A stretch of DNA of 64,000 bases, from NCBI GenBank assembly GCA_034780895.1, contig JAUZTB010000072.1:24334850-24398849 (forward strand). The letters are read 5' to 3'. The notes beneath the pieces are model-generated. The model saw only the letters and a list, made by a program, of their open reading frames with translations, was not told the DNA's origin and did no database searches. Origin of the DNA: Rhynchobatus australiae. Taxonomy: Eukaryota. The translations under genes were made by a program, and so were the position numbers. Shown here piece after piece: positions 37,183 through 50,689 of the stretch; the first letter of the stretch is position 1; each line of letters starts with the position of its first letter.

Positions 37183-39838
37183 GGTGAATTACACATTCTT
37201 TATTTCACTTCCTGCAAGATGTTTAAAAAGCTTTTTATTTGGTTGAGCGGTTACTCAGCCAGCTTCAAACCACCATTGTTGCTGGATAATGCTGGAAATG
37301 GGGAATCCATATCAGTGTCCGGAAGCTTTGTATTCTGGTGTCTTTGAGGTCTTTGGCAACAACCAGGAAACCCTAACCATTAAACTACAGGAATAGAACT
37401 AGATCTATCAATTAAAACTCCACTGGTTCCTTTAGGGCGCACAGCTGGAAATTCTCCTTGATACACATTGGTCTACATGTGGAATAAATGTTTAGGCAGA
37501 CTAGTACAGACAAAAACCCTGAAACCACTTAAAAATCAACCCCAAATAACAATTTTAAGATGTTTCTGGATGTATGAATCAAGATGAATTGAATGATCTT
37601 CATTCATAGTTTAGTGATCTTGCATTCACTTTTACTGCTCAGTATAACAGTTACCGGGGGTATCAGCACAGATCCATGTTGCATGTATGGAATAATGTAT
37701 CACCATGTGTTTTCCCTGTATTTATGAAAGGCAAACTGTAAAGCTTCTCATGAGATAAGGCTAATTGCAAAGCAAAAAAACTGCTAAATGAAATAGAAGA
37801 ATAAAGATATAGCTTTCTGGTGAGCTAAATTTATTCCCATGGACAAAACTCACTTATGAGCTTCCTGTGCCTAATTCTGAGTTACAAATAGCATCACCTC
37901 AGTATGTCGATGATTAGCTCTCCTACCACTGTAGAGATCAGTAATCAATCTTTGGTTTCTATTACCCTCAGTACACCTTCATGTGTCAATCCAATTCTAT
38001 AGATAAAACACATCTTAACTGATCGTTTTTCTTTTTGTAGTGGACCAAGATGATATTTTAATTCAACATCTTGTTAGCATTTTCATAGATATAAACATTT
38101 GATACTCTGCGATTCTTTCCACCTGTTTTCAACATTTCCTGAAAATAATCTTTGGACTCTTGGTATTTGAAGGAATGTAGAAAATATCACTGGACACATA
38201 TTGTGTTTTTGATCAAGTCCATTAGATCACCTCAAAAATATAGAAACCACAAAGGTAAAAAGCCCTCAAGGAGCCTGGCATAATCTTGCATTGCAGGCAT
38301 CATTTATATATCTAGGTTTATGTTTGAGTTTATAAATGGTACCCAGATGGTGAAATAGCTATAACTGCCCTCCATGATTTTTGAGGTAGAAAAGGAAGTT
38401 AAAAGTTAGCCATGGTTCTCATTCCTGGTAATGCTTATTGAATGGTTCCACATTTGACATTTAGACGAGAACTGCATGAGGCTTAGTCAGTCTGCCTTCT
38501 GAGGTCAAGTGGCCTGCTAACAATTATTGCTGAGGCCCTCGGGTAAAGAAAAGCCACTTGGGCAAAGTGTTAAAGAGCTGAAGGTACCTTAGATACTGCA
38601 CTCCAAAAAGAAAGATATCACATCTGTCCAAGAGTTAAAGCACTGAACTTCTACTGGATTTTTCTTCAATGGCTATTTCTCATCAGAACCATAGAGACTG
38701 GCAAAAACATCAGAAACCAAGACTTCAAAGACAATTCCCCTGGAACCAGAAAAAATAATCTTGATTACAGATGCCATTACGCTGCCTTGATGTATGATGG
38801 GCAATTTAAGTATATTCATTTTAGAAATGCCGTTAATTCACTGTTGGCAGCAATAGATCTAACTTCATTAAATGTCTCCTCTCAGTCCTACAGCCTACAT
38901 TTCTTGATATTTGCAGTGGCCTAACCAAAAAGAAAAATAAGTATGATCTAAAATCTTGACAAGGCACAGTCACACTGCCCTGTCTTGAGACAACCACTTG
39001 CAGCTTTTATAACACAATTGCTTTAAAAAGTCCAAAATAAACCATCTCAGCTAAAAAAAGGAGCAATGTCATCAAATATTGCTGGAAAACTCAAGAATTA
39101 TCACACAGAACCAAAATGGAAGGATTAGCAAACAAATGCTCATTGCAAGTCCAGGAGTTGATTTAACTTTTGCTTCACCAAGCTGACCTGGTAATCATTC
39201 TGCTAATTGGCAACTTCCTAATCCTGACAATCACAGATACCAATCACATTCAAACTCAATAAACCAACACATCCGTTCTTTCACAATCACACTTTGATAC
39301 CAAGAGCAATTCCACTTCCCTAAGATGTGATTCTGTACAGCCCTCAAAACTAAGACTTTGTGTCTGAAAAAGTGCTAATTAGAGGTAAAAGTCAAACATT
39401 AAACCAGAAATATGAAAGGTGATTTGGTTGCACCAATAATGACTCTAGTCATCTCAAAGATGTGTGGGTTTGTAGGTAGAATCTGATGGGAAATTGATGG
39501 GAATGTGGGGAGAATAGATGACACTTAGTGGGAGAACATGATTGCTCAATGAGCTGGCGTGGACTCAATGGGCTAAAATGACCTCTTTCAAGGTCATAAA
39601 GCAAAATGGAAAATCATAAATACAAACATCATTGCAGAGAGATACAATAAAATTTATCTTGTCTTAAGATCTGGCGTCACAAGCTTTTCATTAGAAAATA
39701 GTTGCAACTATACAGATAGAAGTATAGAAGCTTCACCTTTTAATTTCTGAAAGTTTGGATACCATTTATTAAACTTCTTTGCCAGAGTTGAAAGCTGAGG
39801 AAATGTAAAGGTAAATTCATGATAGCACTAATCTTCAC

Positions 39839-39941
39839 CTGTCTGTGATATGGTCCCACTTAGTTCGGTTATACCCGACTCGATCCTCTGCAGATGTTTC
39901 TTGTCTTCCTTGCTGGATGCTAGGAGAGGCAAAATATATCT
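39839..39941 (-). CDS. PEX14: PEX14 internal exon (human exon 6 equivalent)
   Basis: ttttgtttttctag|AGA TAT ATT ... CAG ACA G|gtgaag = RYILPLLASSKEDKKHLQRIESGITELSGTISQT; aligns to human [34 protein letters not shown]; 103 bp, phase 0 to 1. Confidence 0.96.
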
Positions 39942-40054
39942 CTAGAAAAACAAAATGGATAAAAAGATTAACACAGTAAATATTTCAAGTACATAACATG
40001 AATGAGACATGCTATTTAACCATTTCAGTATATTGCATTTTGATTTATCATACA

Positions 40055-40515
40055 AATTTTTAAGAAAGAATGTAATTGCACTGGCAAGGGTGCAGAGGGG
40101 ATTCAGCAGAATGTGCCTGGGATGGAGTGTTTCATTGCCAAAGGAGAGAGTGGATAGGCTGGGATTGTTTTCCTTGGAGTGGAGGAGGCTGAGGTATATA
40201 ACATTATCAGGGGCACAGATAGAGTAGATAGCAAGAAATGTTTCCTCATAAAAGATACATCTAAAACTACAGGGCACAGGTGGTTTAGAGGGAATCTGAG
40301 GAAGATTTTGTTTCAAATCCTGAAGGTCCGACCTATTTGGAACATTCTGCCTGAAAGGTACTCTCACAACATTTGAGTATCTATACAAACAGTTAAATCA
40401 CCAAGGCATAGGAGGCCAGAGACTAAATGCTGGAAAATGATTATTATAGATAAGTACTTGATGGTCAGCATGGACATAGTGGGCCAAAAGGCCTGTTTCT
40501 GTGCTGTATTACAAC
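40055..40515 (+). mobile_element. CR1 LINE 3' end, antisense to PEX14, about 115 bp from the exon 6 acceptor
   Basis: RKNVIALARVQRGFSRM...RVDRLGLFSLEWRRLR; tail gcatggacatagtgggccaaaaggcctgtttctgtgctgta. Confidence 0.9.
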
Positions 40516-42154
40516 TCTTCATTATCATTATCCACTTTCAATCAAGAGGGGGGAGAATTGATTTTACAAAAGGGTTCCTACTACAGTGCACTGCACATGG
40601 TAAAATTCCATAAGTAAGACAGAACGTCACAGATTTTCTCTCTCGGATCCACACCGAGTTGCTCACCACCTCAGAACAATTGCTTTCATGCTTCTAAAGT
40701 CCCATTTCTACTAGAGCAGTGAAACACCATACAAAAGAGCAGGGCAATAAGATCTGTTGGACTGCTCTAGCACAGGCATTACTGGCTCCTTCTATGCCGT
40801 ACACCTCTACAGCATTAACTTGCAATTCTTGTGCTTAACACAATGATTCAAACATCCCATCTAACAGACTAGAATTAAAACAATCATTAAAAATTTAAAA
40901 AATGTATAAAGGCATTAATCAGAACAGTTCTGCCTCACTCATAGTTTTGTGCAAAAACTGTAAGATCTAGTATGAATTTAATTATACGAAGTTACAGAGC
41001 AAATCTCAGATGCTATATTCAGACAGCATTAGGAGATCAGAGAGAGACAGAGGGAGACAAGAAAAATAGACATAAACAGAGATCATTTGAAAGTCGAGAA
41101 AGTGCCGATTACACATCCGTCTTGGACAATATTTATCCCTGCATCACTAAAACAAATTATCTAGTCATTGCACACCTGAAATTGCTTTAATCTTTGGTTT
41201 CAGAACACTATTATGCACTGTTCCGTGGAAAAAGTTAAATTGCATATTTGCATATAGCTGGCATTTCTGTTAATATGTTTCTGAAAGTCACTTCACTGGA
41301 TGAAGTTAAGACGCAAACCCCTATCCAGGTCTACTGAACCTGCAGTCCTTTTTCCTTCGCCCTCCACCACAACCACCTCATCCCATGCTGCCAAATTTCA
41401 AGACTGCTCAACAATACTACCAAATTGTAGGGCACTTTGCCTCAGGCAATGAAAGCCAAGGACACCTCCAGACCCTGCTGCTAAGCACCTCAAACAGGGC
41501 ATCATTTTGCTATAGCCTTCAAAGGAATAAGCATTAAACAACATTGGTGTGGGAACATATAACAATCAAGGCCACTGATTTATAGATTCAACAGAAGAAC
41601 AAAGGAGTTAGTGAGCTGCATCTCTAAAAATGCCAGAACAAATCCCAGAAAACTATTCAGTAAAAATGGAATGTGACTGCACAATCATTGTAAATCAGTG
41701 GACCTGGTAATATATTTTCATTGTAGGCACTGAAGCTATTTTATTCCAAAACAGTGCATCCCAAATCTACTGTGTGTTACACCACAGGAACATCCCATGG
41801 TCTGTAGTGTATCTGTCACACTCCATGCTTTGAAGTGTTAAAATCAAGGTGTTACAAGCACATTACAGTTTACAAAATTTCCTGGACACTTTAGATTAGT
41901 ATAAACCTTTGGGACATACCTGAGCTGTGCTCTAAGACAGACAGACCAAATTAAATGCAACATCAACCCAATATTTATGCCATGAGAGATGAGCTGGTCT
42001 TCTTTTACATATGCATAGACAGTATCAATGCCAAGCTATTTTTGTAAGATCTTATCATTCCTTGAAATGCCCAAAAATGGCAATCCATTATGTAATAATT
42101 GGAGCAGGAAGTCTTGCAATTTACCCATAATATACTAAGGTGGCCATTAACAAT

Positions 42155-42740
42155 TTTATAGAGCATGTAACCTTGTAAAATGTTTCAAGGCACTTCATAG
42201 AAATGTTATCAAATAGACCTTGACAATGAACCACAAGATTACATACCAGTGAAGATGTAGGTTTCAGGGTGCAAAAGAGACAGCAAGGCAGAGGGGTTTA
42301 TTGAGAGAGTTCAGGATTTTTGAGTCTCAGTATCTCAAGGCACAGCCAACAATGTTGGGATGATTAAAATTGGGAGTAAGAGGCCAGAATTAGAGTGCAG
42401 AGATCTTGGACAGTTATACGAGTTTATGCAGCTCAGGAGGGCTGAGGTCATGAAGAAATTTGAAACCAAGTATAATGATTTTAAAAACAGGATGTTGTTT
42501 AACTGGAAGCTCGCCTAGGTCAGCAAGTGGGTAAAGGGGAATAGGACATTGAGAATTGGGACATGGGTGGCCTTATAAACAATAGCCTCAAGTTTATGCT
42601 GGTGGAAGATGGGAAGTTCGACAGGAGTGGATAGTCTGGATATAACAGATGTATGATTGAGGGTTTCAGCAGCAGTTGAACAGAGGCAGAGACAGAACTG
42701 AGCTACATTACAGAGGTGAAAATTGGTAGTGTTAAGAGTT
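42155..42740 (-). mobile_element. L2 LINE 3' end, old
   Basis: ttttatagagcatgtaaccttgtaaaatgtttcaaggcacttcatag then gagagagttcagg, aaggcacagccaacaatg and tcaagtttatgctggtggaagatggg, typical of the reverse-complement L2 tail. Confidence 0.55.
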
Positions 42741-45049
42741 CAATGAGAAAGTAGTTGCTTCAGAATTTAAAGGAACACATTCACAATATTATTAATAAAC
42801 CCGCATTCTTCTCAAATTGCCATTGCTATATCATTATGATTCAACATCCACCACATCCTTTGTCAGAGGAAATGATCATTTCCAATTATTTTGAAGATGG
42901 TAATATATTGCAAATCCAGCAAGTGCAAGCCCAGCTTTGATTGTGCCATCCTTAGTCCTTTTATTTCAAAAGATTCATGACTTCTTGTTGGAACTCCCCT
43001 TTTTCACCAACGACTAACCTTTGTTCATCTAACCAACACTAACTGATTTATGCAGCTTTCTTTTTTTTTACAAAATTGGCTTTCTTACTTGTAATTTGAA
43101 CAAAGTGTTCATTAACTTTTATGCAAGATTGATTGATGAATGGTACAAAACAAAAAGGTGAATAGCTGATATTTCATTCTTTTTTGTTTGACTTGCAGGT
43201 ACTGCATTTGGAGCCTACTCAAGTGAAGAAATGCTGTACACAAAATCAGTAAGAGGCCCTAAGTTCTAAGGTTACATACTGGTCAATTATAAGTCATCAC
43301 AAACTCTGAATGTCTCAGCAAGGTGAGAAAAATTAGGGGGCACCCTGTTCTGTTTGGTTGTACAGACACACTGATGGCAGGGGTGGGAGCTGGTGCATTA
43401 ACACTGAGCTTTCCTAACTTAGATTTAGAAACTTTAAATTGAGAGGTTAATTGCTTATTTGAAAATACCATCTAAAAGGTGGAATAATCCCAATAAACTG
43501 CTGATTTTTTTCTTTGGTTTTAATCAAACAGTGCTTCTCATTACAGGACAGTGAGCCTTTAAATTATCTGATGGGACTGAACTATTTTCCCTTTTCCCTC
43601 ATTTCCTTTTGTATCCAGAAATATATTAAATAGTGCTGCCTTGTTCAATTCCTCCCNNNNNNNNNNNNNNNNNCCCAGCCCCCCTTACCCCAATTCACTT
43701 CGGCAGCAGTCTTTTCTCATTAGAGGCAACAGGTTAACTTCATGTCACAGGGAAGGTTGTTCCGCGTGACATTTCCCAGCTCTTTTGTTTTGTGAATGCA
43801 GAGAGACAGGAGCAATATTTATCACAAAGGTATATCAGTAGCCTTGATAGATATTTGATTCCCAATGAATGAGTAGAGAGATTGAGGGTGAAGAAGAGCA
43901 GAACTCAGAGATGGACAAATTAGGTTGCCAGGAGAGAACGTTGAACAAAAGAGCAACAGGGAAACATACTGAAGGACACAGCTGAGGGGCAGGTGCTTCA
44001 TATAATTAGAACTTGTTCAGTAAACCATTTCTGTTTTGCACCATGTACCCTAACCACTTAAGGGCATTAGCAATAGAAACCAAATACTTTATTTAATGTC
44101 TGCTAAATCTCCCCCGTCATTTCTCTTGGGATTTTAAATCCGTTTACACATTTTAAGTCTTTTTACATGACTGTTTATATATTGAGTGCCAACAGCATTC
44201 ATGACTCAAGCAGAGTAGAACATGATGCCCCCAAAGGTACCCATGTCAGGGGAATCTCATCTTTTTATGGACCTGAAGGTTGAACAAGATTAGTGCCATA
44301 GGTTGTGTGAATAGTGACATGAATCAAGTACACTGAAGCAACAAGTGATTCATTAGGTTGAGGTAAATTACTATCCACCATAATCTGGAATGTTCTAAGA
44401 TGGCATTTGATGCATCATAAACATAAGTCTGAACCCTTTCAAGTGCAACGCCACACACCAGAAAGTGTAAAATTGCAGCTCATATAGATTCTATTTTTAC
44501 TCAGTTTGAAATCCAGCCTAGCAGATCAAATGAAGCAGATCATCTAAGTATAAGCATCTACAACAAACTATGAAGGATAGAGTTTGCTTTCTGTATCTTG
44601 TTTCAGTGGGAAATGTACAAAGCAGAATTTTCTGTATTATGCAATATAAGGCTGATTACAACTTAAGTTGCAATAAAACATTTTGAACCCGGGTTAAGTA
44701 ACTGTTAACTCAGCTTAATTAATTAGACTTTTGCAGGGAAGTAGTGAACGCAAAACTGAGATAATGTATTAAAATCTAGTTTTTGTTTAGATGTAATTAG
44801 ACCCTCAGAATCATTCATTGTTATTTGTGGCAATAACCTTCATTGTTTTTCCTCTTGGGTTTAAAGTAGACAGTGCTTAAAAAGGAATAAGGCAATTAAA
44901 TTTTCCAGCCATGAACAGGGAAGGCATGGAATTACAGGTTTCACTACCCCTCTGATCTCACAACTGCTTGCCACACAACAACTTCCATTTATAGAGTGCC
45001 TTCAGTAGAGCAAATGTTTTAAGACGATTCACAGCAGCATTATTAAATA

Positions 45050-45620
45050 AGGAACAGGAATAGCCATTAGACCTCTTAAGCTAATTGAGATTGTAGCTGG
45101 TCTATGACCAAAATCCACATACCCATCTTTCCCCTATGTCCTTCAACATAGCTGATAAATTTTTGTTAACAAATCGCAATTTTTTAATTACAACGGACTA
45201 GGCACGATGCCATTTGCCAGACCTTCCAAATTTCGACCATCTAGAGGGCATTTCCAAGCTTCACTCCTAAAAGGCCGAGCTCTAATTCAAGACTTGTTTC
45301 AAGCACGTCGCCCAGCAGTTTTCCCCTCTATCTATCCAACCAGTTACCCTTCATACCCTGAGTCAAATCAATGTTTGAGGAAATTCAGTCCTTGCTATCT
45401 CCACTTATAATTTAACTCTTGGAGATCAAGCATCATGCTGATAAATCTAAAATGAATTCCCTCCAAGAGCAATGTATATCCTTTCTAGGTGTAGTATCCA
45501 GAACTACTCACAGTGTTCCAGGTGTGGTTAAACCAAGGCATTGCACACCTGTAAAGTAATTTCCACCTATAATAAATGCCAGCATCCCATTAGTCTTTCT
45601 GATTATTTTCATCAGTCCTT
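45050..45620 (-). mobile_element. CR1 fragment, old
   Basis: ggaacaggaatagccatt tail and ccagaactactcacagtgttccaggtgtggttaaacc (reverse LVxPHLExCxxFW motif). Confidence 0.6.
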
Positions 45621-47494
45621 CTGTTGATTTTGTGTGCCTGTTGTTTTGGAGCTCTGTCTGATCCTAGCTTTTCAACATTTTGAAATAGTCTCGCCTAGAA
45701 GTTGATCTTGTCCTCTAAAAGTACTTCAAGCAGTCGTTTCCTGGTGGGTTCACCACTTATAAATTCAGTAGTGCATCAGGTCCAAGGAATCATTCTACTG
45801 GTCANNNNNNNNNNNNNNNNNNNNNNNNNNNNNNNNNNNNNNNNNNNNNNNNNNNNNNNNNNNNNNNNNNNNNNNNNNNNNNNNNNNNNNNNNNNNNNNN
45901 NNNNNNNNNNNNNNNNNNNNNNNNNNNNNNNNNNNNNNNNNNNNNNNNNNNNNNNNNNNNNNNNNNNNNNNNNNNNNNNNNNNNNNNNNNNNNNNNNNNN
46001 NNNNNNNNNNNNNNNNNNNNNNNNNNNNNNNNNNNNNNNNNNNNNNNNNATTGACAGAATGGGATTGTTAGGGTAGGAAAGGTAATCAGGGACAGATGAA
46101 GGCAGGGTGGTTTGGCTATCAGAGGGGGCTAGGATGGTAGGACTGGTAGCCATGAAACTGGTAGTCATGGATTAAGATTGCTTGTTGGGGAATTAACAAC
46201 TGGATTGATAATTAGGATTGTTTGTTGAGGGTAGTGTGAGCAGAGGATTGAGAGTCAGGGGTTAAGAAGCTTGGGATTTGATGGGGGGGTGAGGGATGAA
46301 AGAGAGGCAGGTAAGTACTGCTACTCAGCACCCAATGCAGGTCACCTCTATCTTAAACTGTATCAGTTTTTCTTAAGCACAAAGAAAGCCTGCTCCTGCA
46401 TGAATAAGTGGGCTGCAGACAGAACAGGCCATGCACACACAATTAAAAATAATTCAAGTGGCCACCTAGCATGTATTGTAATTGCAAGCCAATGGACACC
46501 ACTGTCTTTGTTGGGGGACGTCAGTGTATTAGTGTATTAGAAGCACAAAGAACCTGAGCAAAAACTGTAGGTATTGTGCAACACACATGCTTCTTAATTT
46601 TCACTTACATTTTATTGCTCACATTGTGCACTGTAAGGTAGCTCTATCCAATCCAAGCTCTGGACACCTGTTCTATCCTTTTTATGTCAAAGTGGAAACC
46701 TCACGTCTGTCTGCATTGAAATACAGGGCATGATGGCAGACATATAATTTTTCAGTATTTATTCCATCAGAGAAAAAAACACCAACTTATTAAGTAGTTG
46801 CTGGATGCCTTCACAACCCAAGGGATTACTGAAAAGTGATATAGCAACATGCTCATGTTGTTTTGATGTTTATTTCTNNNNNNNNNNNNNTTAGTTAAAA
46901 ATAAATCTACATAGAATTGCTTTGAGTGAAGGCAATATAACAAAAGCCACACTGTCACACAACAGGTGTATGGAATATAAAAGCTACAATTTACAGGGAG
47001 TCAAAGTTGTCTTGTTCTCAGTGTCTTGTTCTCCAATAACACCGGCAGGCAACCCCATACCTTCCACCTGCAATGATTTCCACCCAAACTTTACTGAATT
47101 TTTTTTTCCCAGAAGTAGAATTTCAGAGGGCTACAATCTGATAACAAGTAGGACGCAGAGGAGCCTGTGTCCTCTACTCCGATGAAAAACTTCAGTGGTA
47201 AGCGTGTAGCATTCTACCATAAGCTCAAATCATAACTTATCAAGATGTAGAAAAATTAATATAAAATTCTGCACTCATTGAATCACAGAACTGCCTATGG
47301 TTCAGACACATAGCTTCTTGCATTTTTAAAAGATCAGGTAACAAATGAGCAGTTTCTTTTGATAGTCTACCAAATGTGAATTTGCCTCATCTGTCTGTAC
47401 TTCAGTATAAACTAAATGACCCATTATTCAATATCTGCAAGTTAATCAAAACTGATGAATTAGGAACCTCTGAGGCCCTGGTAAGATGCTATAT

Positions 47495-47592
47495 TTCCGA
47501 AGAAGGGTCTTTGACCTGAAATGTTACCTCCGTTTCTGCTCCTACATCTGCGGCCTGACCTGTTGAGTATTTCCAGCATTTTATGGTTTTAT
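47495..47592 (+). mobile_element. Penelope-like terminal-repeat fragment
   Basis: ccgaaga agggtctttgacct gaaat gtt ... ctgcggcctgacctgttgagtatttccagcatttt. Confidence 0.7.
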
Positions 47593-47631
47593 TTTATGCT
47601 ACCAGATGCCACATCGCAACAACCCCACTAC

Positions 47632-47975
47632 CTTAAAGGATTTGAGAGGTAAGATACAGGGAGGATGTATTCCCTGGCAAAGGAATCCAGGATTGGATGC
47701 AGAGTTTCAAAATAAGGTGTTGAGCATCTGGGACTGAGAGAAGAGAAATTTCTTCACTCAAAGGATGGTGAACCTTTTGTATTCTTTACCCCAGAGAACC
47801 GTAAAGGCTCAGTTGCTGAGCTCATTCCAAACAATGATCAATGGATCTCAGAACATTACAGGAACCAAGGCTTGGAAATGGCACTGAGGTGAAACTTCAA
47901 TCATGATATCAATGAATAGCATTGCAGGCATGAAGGGCTGGATGACCTACTCCTGCTCTCATTTCTTGTGCTCAA
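47632..47975 (+). mobile_element. CR1 LINE 3' end
   Basis: ggactgagagaagagaaatttcttcactcaaaggatggtgaacctt...gaagggctggatgacctactcctgctctcatttcttgtg. Confidence 0.8.
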
Positions 47976-48674
47976 TCACAAACTATAGATACAGGAATTC
48001 TTTGAATATCCAGCATGAAGTCCAAGTAAGCAGCTTTGTAACCATCAAAGGGAGAGGTAGATGTATGTTAACATGTACAAAGACATGAGTTGAAAAGCAT
48101 CCACATTTACACAACAACATAATGCAATATTCCACATCAATCCAACACATTCACAGTGTTTTTTCCCTCAGTTGCTGCCTGACATGCCGNNNNNNNNNNN
48201 NNNNNNNNNNNNNNNNNNNNNNNNNNNNNNNNNNNNNNNNNNNNNNNNNNNNNNNNNNNNNNNNNNNNNNNNNNNNNNNNNNNNNNNNNGTATCCATGGA
48301 ACACTCTCCCACAGTGTATTATACCCTGTCATTTCATCTATAGAAAACAGAATTAGCCAGACTAGTGTGCATAACACTATGAGAGTTCTGGCTTAAATTC
48401 ACATGCTCCAAGTTCACAGGAACTACCATAATTAATTTGAGACTTTCCTCCTCATGAACTGTAGCCAGTTAACATCAATCTTTACTGAGAATGAAAGTCC
48501 ACTCTACAAAAATAGTCAAAAACATGTTATAAGAAAGTATGCCATGCAGTTTATAGGTTTACTAGAAATTTATAAAATCTCCTTGAATGTTTCAGAAAAC
48601 AATTTCTAAGAAACACACCATTATTTTTGGATGTCAATTTTGTAAGTAGTAAGATCTCACAGATATAAAGGAAA

Positions 48675-49005
48675 ACATGCACTTATATAGCACCTTTTAC
48701 TTCTCTTTCAGAACACCCCAAAGCACTGTAGAGCTAAACAAATATTTAAGTGCAGTTACTGTTCTAAAGTAGGAAACACACAAGACAATTTGTGTACAGC
48801 ACACTAGCAAAAACAGTAATTTGATAATGACGAGCTATTGTGGTTTACTTATGTTGATTAAGGGATAAATATAGGCCAGGACATTGGCAATAGCAATAAA
48901 GTTAATTTGTCAGATGGTGTTATCTGAGGGAGAAATGCAGGCCAGTTTATTGGGGACAATCTAATTTTTCTTCAATTAATGTTATGGGACCCTTAATGTC
49001 CACAT
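48675..49005 (-). mobile_element. Deu-domain SINE (SacSINE1-like), decayed
   Basis: cacttatatagcacctttt...aagtgcagttactgttctaaagtaggaaacac...atgttgattaagggataaatataggccaggaca; a + strand fragment of the same core lies at ~41120-41175 (cttggacaatatttatccct). Family name from memory. Confidence 0.55.
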
Positions 49006-50689
49006 GAAACTTATTGGGCTGGATCCTCCAACTCATTGCCAACAATAATGCTGGGATTTATTCCCATTTCTCTACAGAAATCCTGGTTTCCAATGTTGGT
49101 GAGGGTCTAAAGCAAAGGTAGCAACAGCCACCTGCTGTCTGGGCTGCCAATTACCCCCTCATGGAGTTTAATGCAGCAGCACTAACATCTGCAAGCTTCC
49201 TGGCTCTCAAGCTGGGAAGCCTGCCAACCAAGTACAGCAGTTCTTATTCAAATGAATGGGAGAAATCGACTGCTGGCAGAATGGTAAATGGAGCTTTTTA
49301 AACAAACTTAATTAAATTAAAAGAATTTTTTTTTACTGTATCTGTCTTAATATTTTAACTTGCTTTAAAAAATCTAGTACTTTCTAACAGTACGTTTGCG
49401 TTTTGACAGATGCCAAATGTTTCGAGTGTTTATGAACGTTAAAGTTATTCACACGCATTTGATGACATTGACTGCTTTGACAGTCATTGAGGATGGGTGC
49501 AGGGCCTCATCAAAGCTATTCTGTGAGTGCAGCAGGCCATCTACGCCTTGGCAACCTCTGTGGTGCATGTCGTCACATCAAAGTGTTGGGAGCCAAGCAC
49601 CTGAAAGAACATTGCACCCAGCATTACTTGGGATGTAGCAGAAGANNNNNNNNNNNNNNNNNNNNNNNNNNNNNNNNNNNNNNNNNNNNNNCCTACTGAT
49701 AGGCAAATGGGATCTTAGCTTTGTTGATAATGCAGTACTCCTGAAGTATTACTTTTGTGTTTGAAGTCCATAAGTTAATAAATAAAAAGAAAAATGCTAA
49801 AGGTGCTAAAACAGAAGATTAAAGCTGTCAGGAGATCAGATAGCATCTGTTGTAGGAACTAAAAATACTGTCATAAGGAAAGATTACAAATTAATTTTTG
49901 AGTATGTATCAAATGTTCAATATGCATGGAATTTCTTATCGGAACAGTAACTATACAGAGTTCTGAAGCCAATCCTATTTCCAAATCCCAAAATAAAAAC
50001 AATCACTGGAAGAACATCCCCCAAGTGCAAGAGAGGTTAGTACACCTAATTTTCTTTCCAATAATACAGCCTTCTTTAGTTTAAAATGAAAGCACAGATA
50101 GGGAATTGGGAATTAGAAGCTTTCAGGCAAGATCAACATGTAGTGTTTTGTTTGCCCCTTTCTCTTCATTTGGCCAGTAAGTAGTTTTAATTGGAGTCAG
50201 GTTTTATCAATAGAACCACGGGTCCTAACAATAATTTAGGATTACTTTTTTCATTGTCATCCATATTCAAGGATGGCTACAGCTATTTCACAAAACGCCA
50301 ATACACATAAGGTTTTATAAAATGAGTATTTTGTTTTAGTTCCAACAAGTCCAACCTGACGCTACTAATAGTGAGCTGGAAGCATACAATGACAAGTGTG
50401 ATATTAAATGTGGTATCCACGTGGCACTTTACAAATAACATGACATCTGAAGCAACCAACTTCAAAAAGAAAAAGTGAAATCCAATTTAGCTGAAGGTTA
50501 ATTTGCTGCACACTAGATCTACATAATGACAGCTCTAAGCAGGTGCAAAAGTTAAAAACCATCTTAACTCAACTTATGTTAAAACAAGCTGCATGTAAAC
50601 ACCTACTCAGATGAATTACAGAATGTGAAATATTCCTCCCAAAATCTTTGCATTAGTAGTCTGGTGCAGGCTATATTGGATATCTTGAT

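Noticed and set aside
38584-38685. GCA GTA TCT AAG|gtac resembling the end of exon 7
   Set aside because: In-frame TGA upstream, no AG acceptor at the expected distance and no Gln-rich match.
46050-46310. Purine-rich segment possibly from a Penelope RT region on the minus strand
   Set aside because: Too decayed to assign any motif with confidence.
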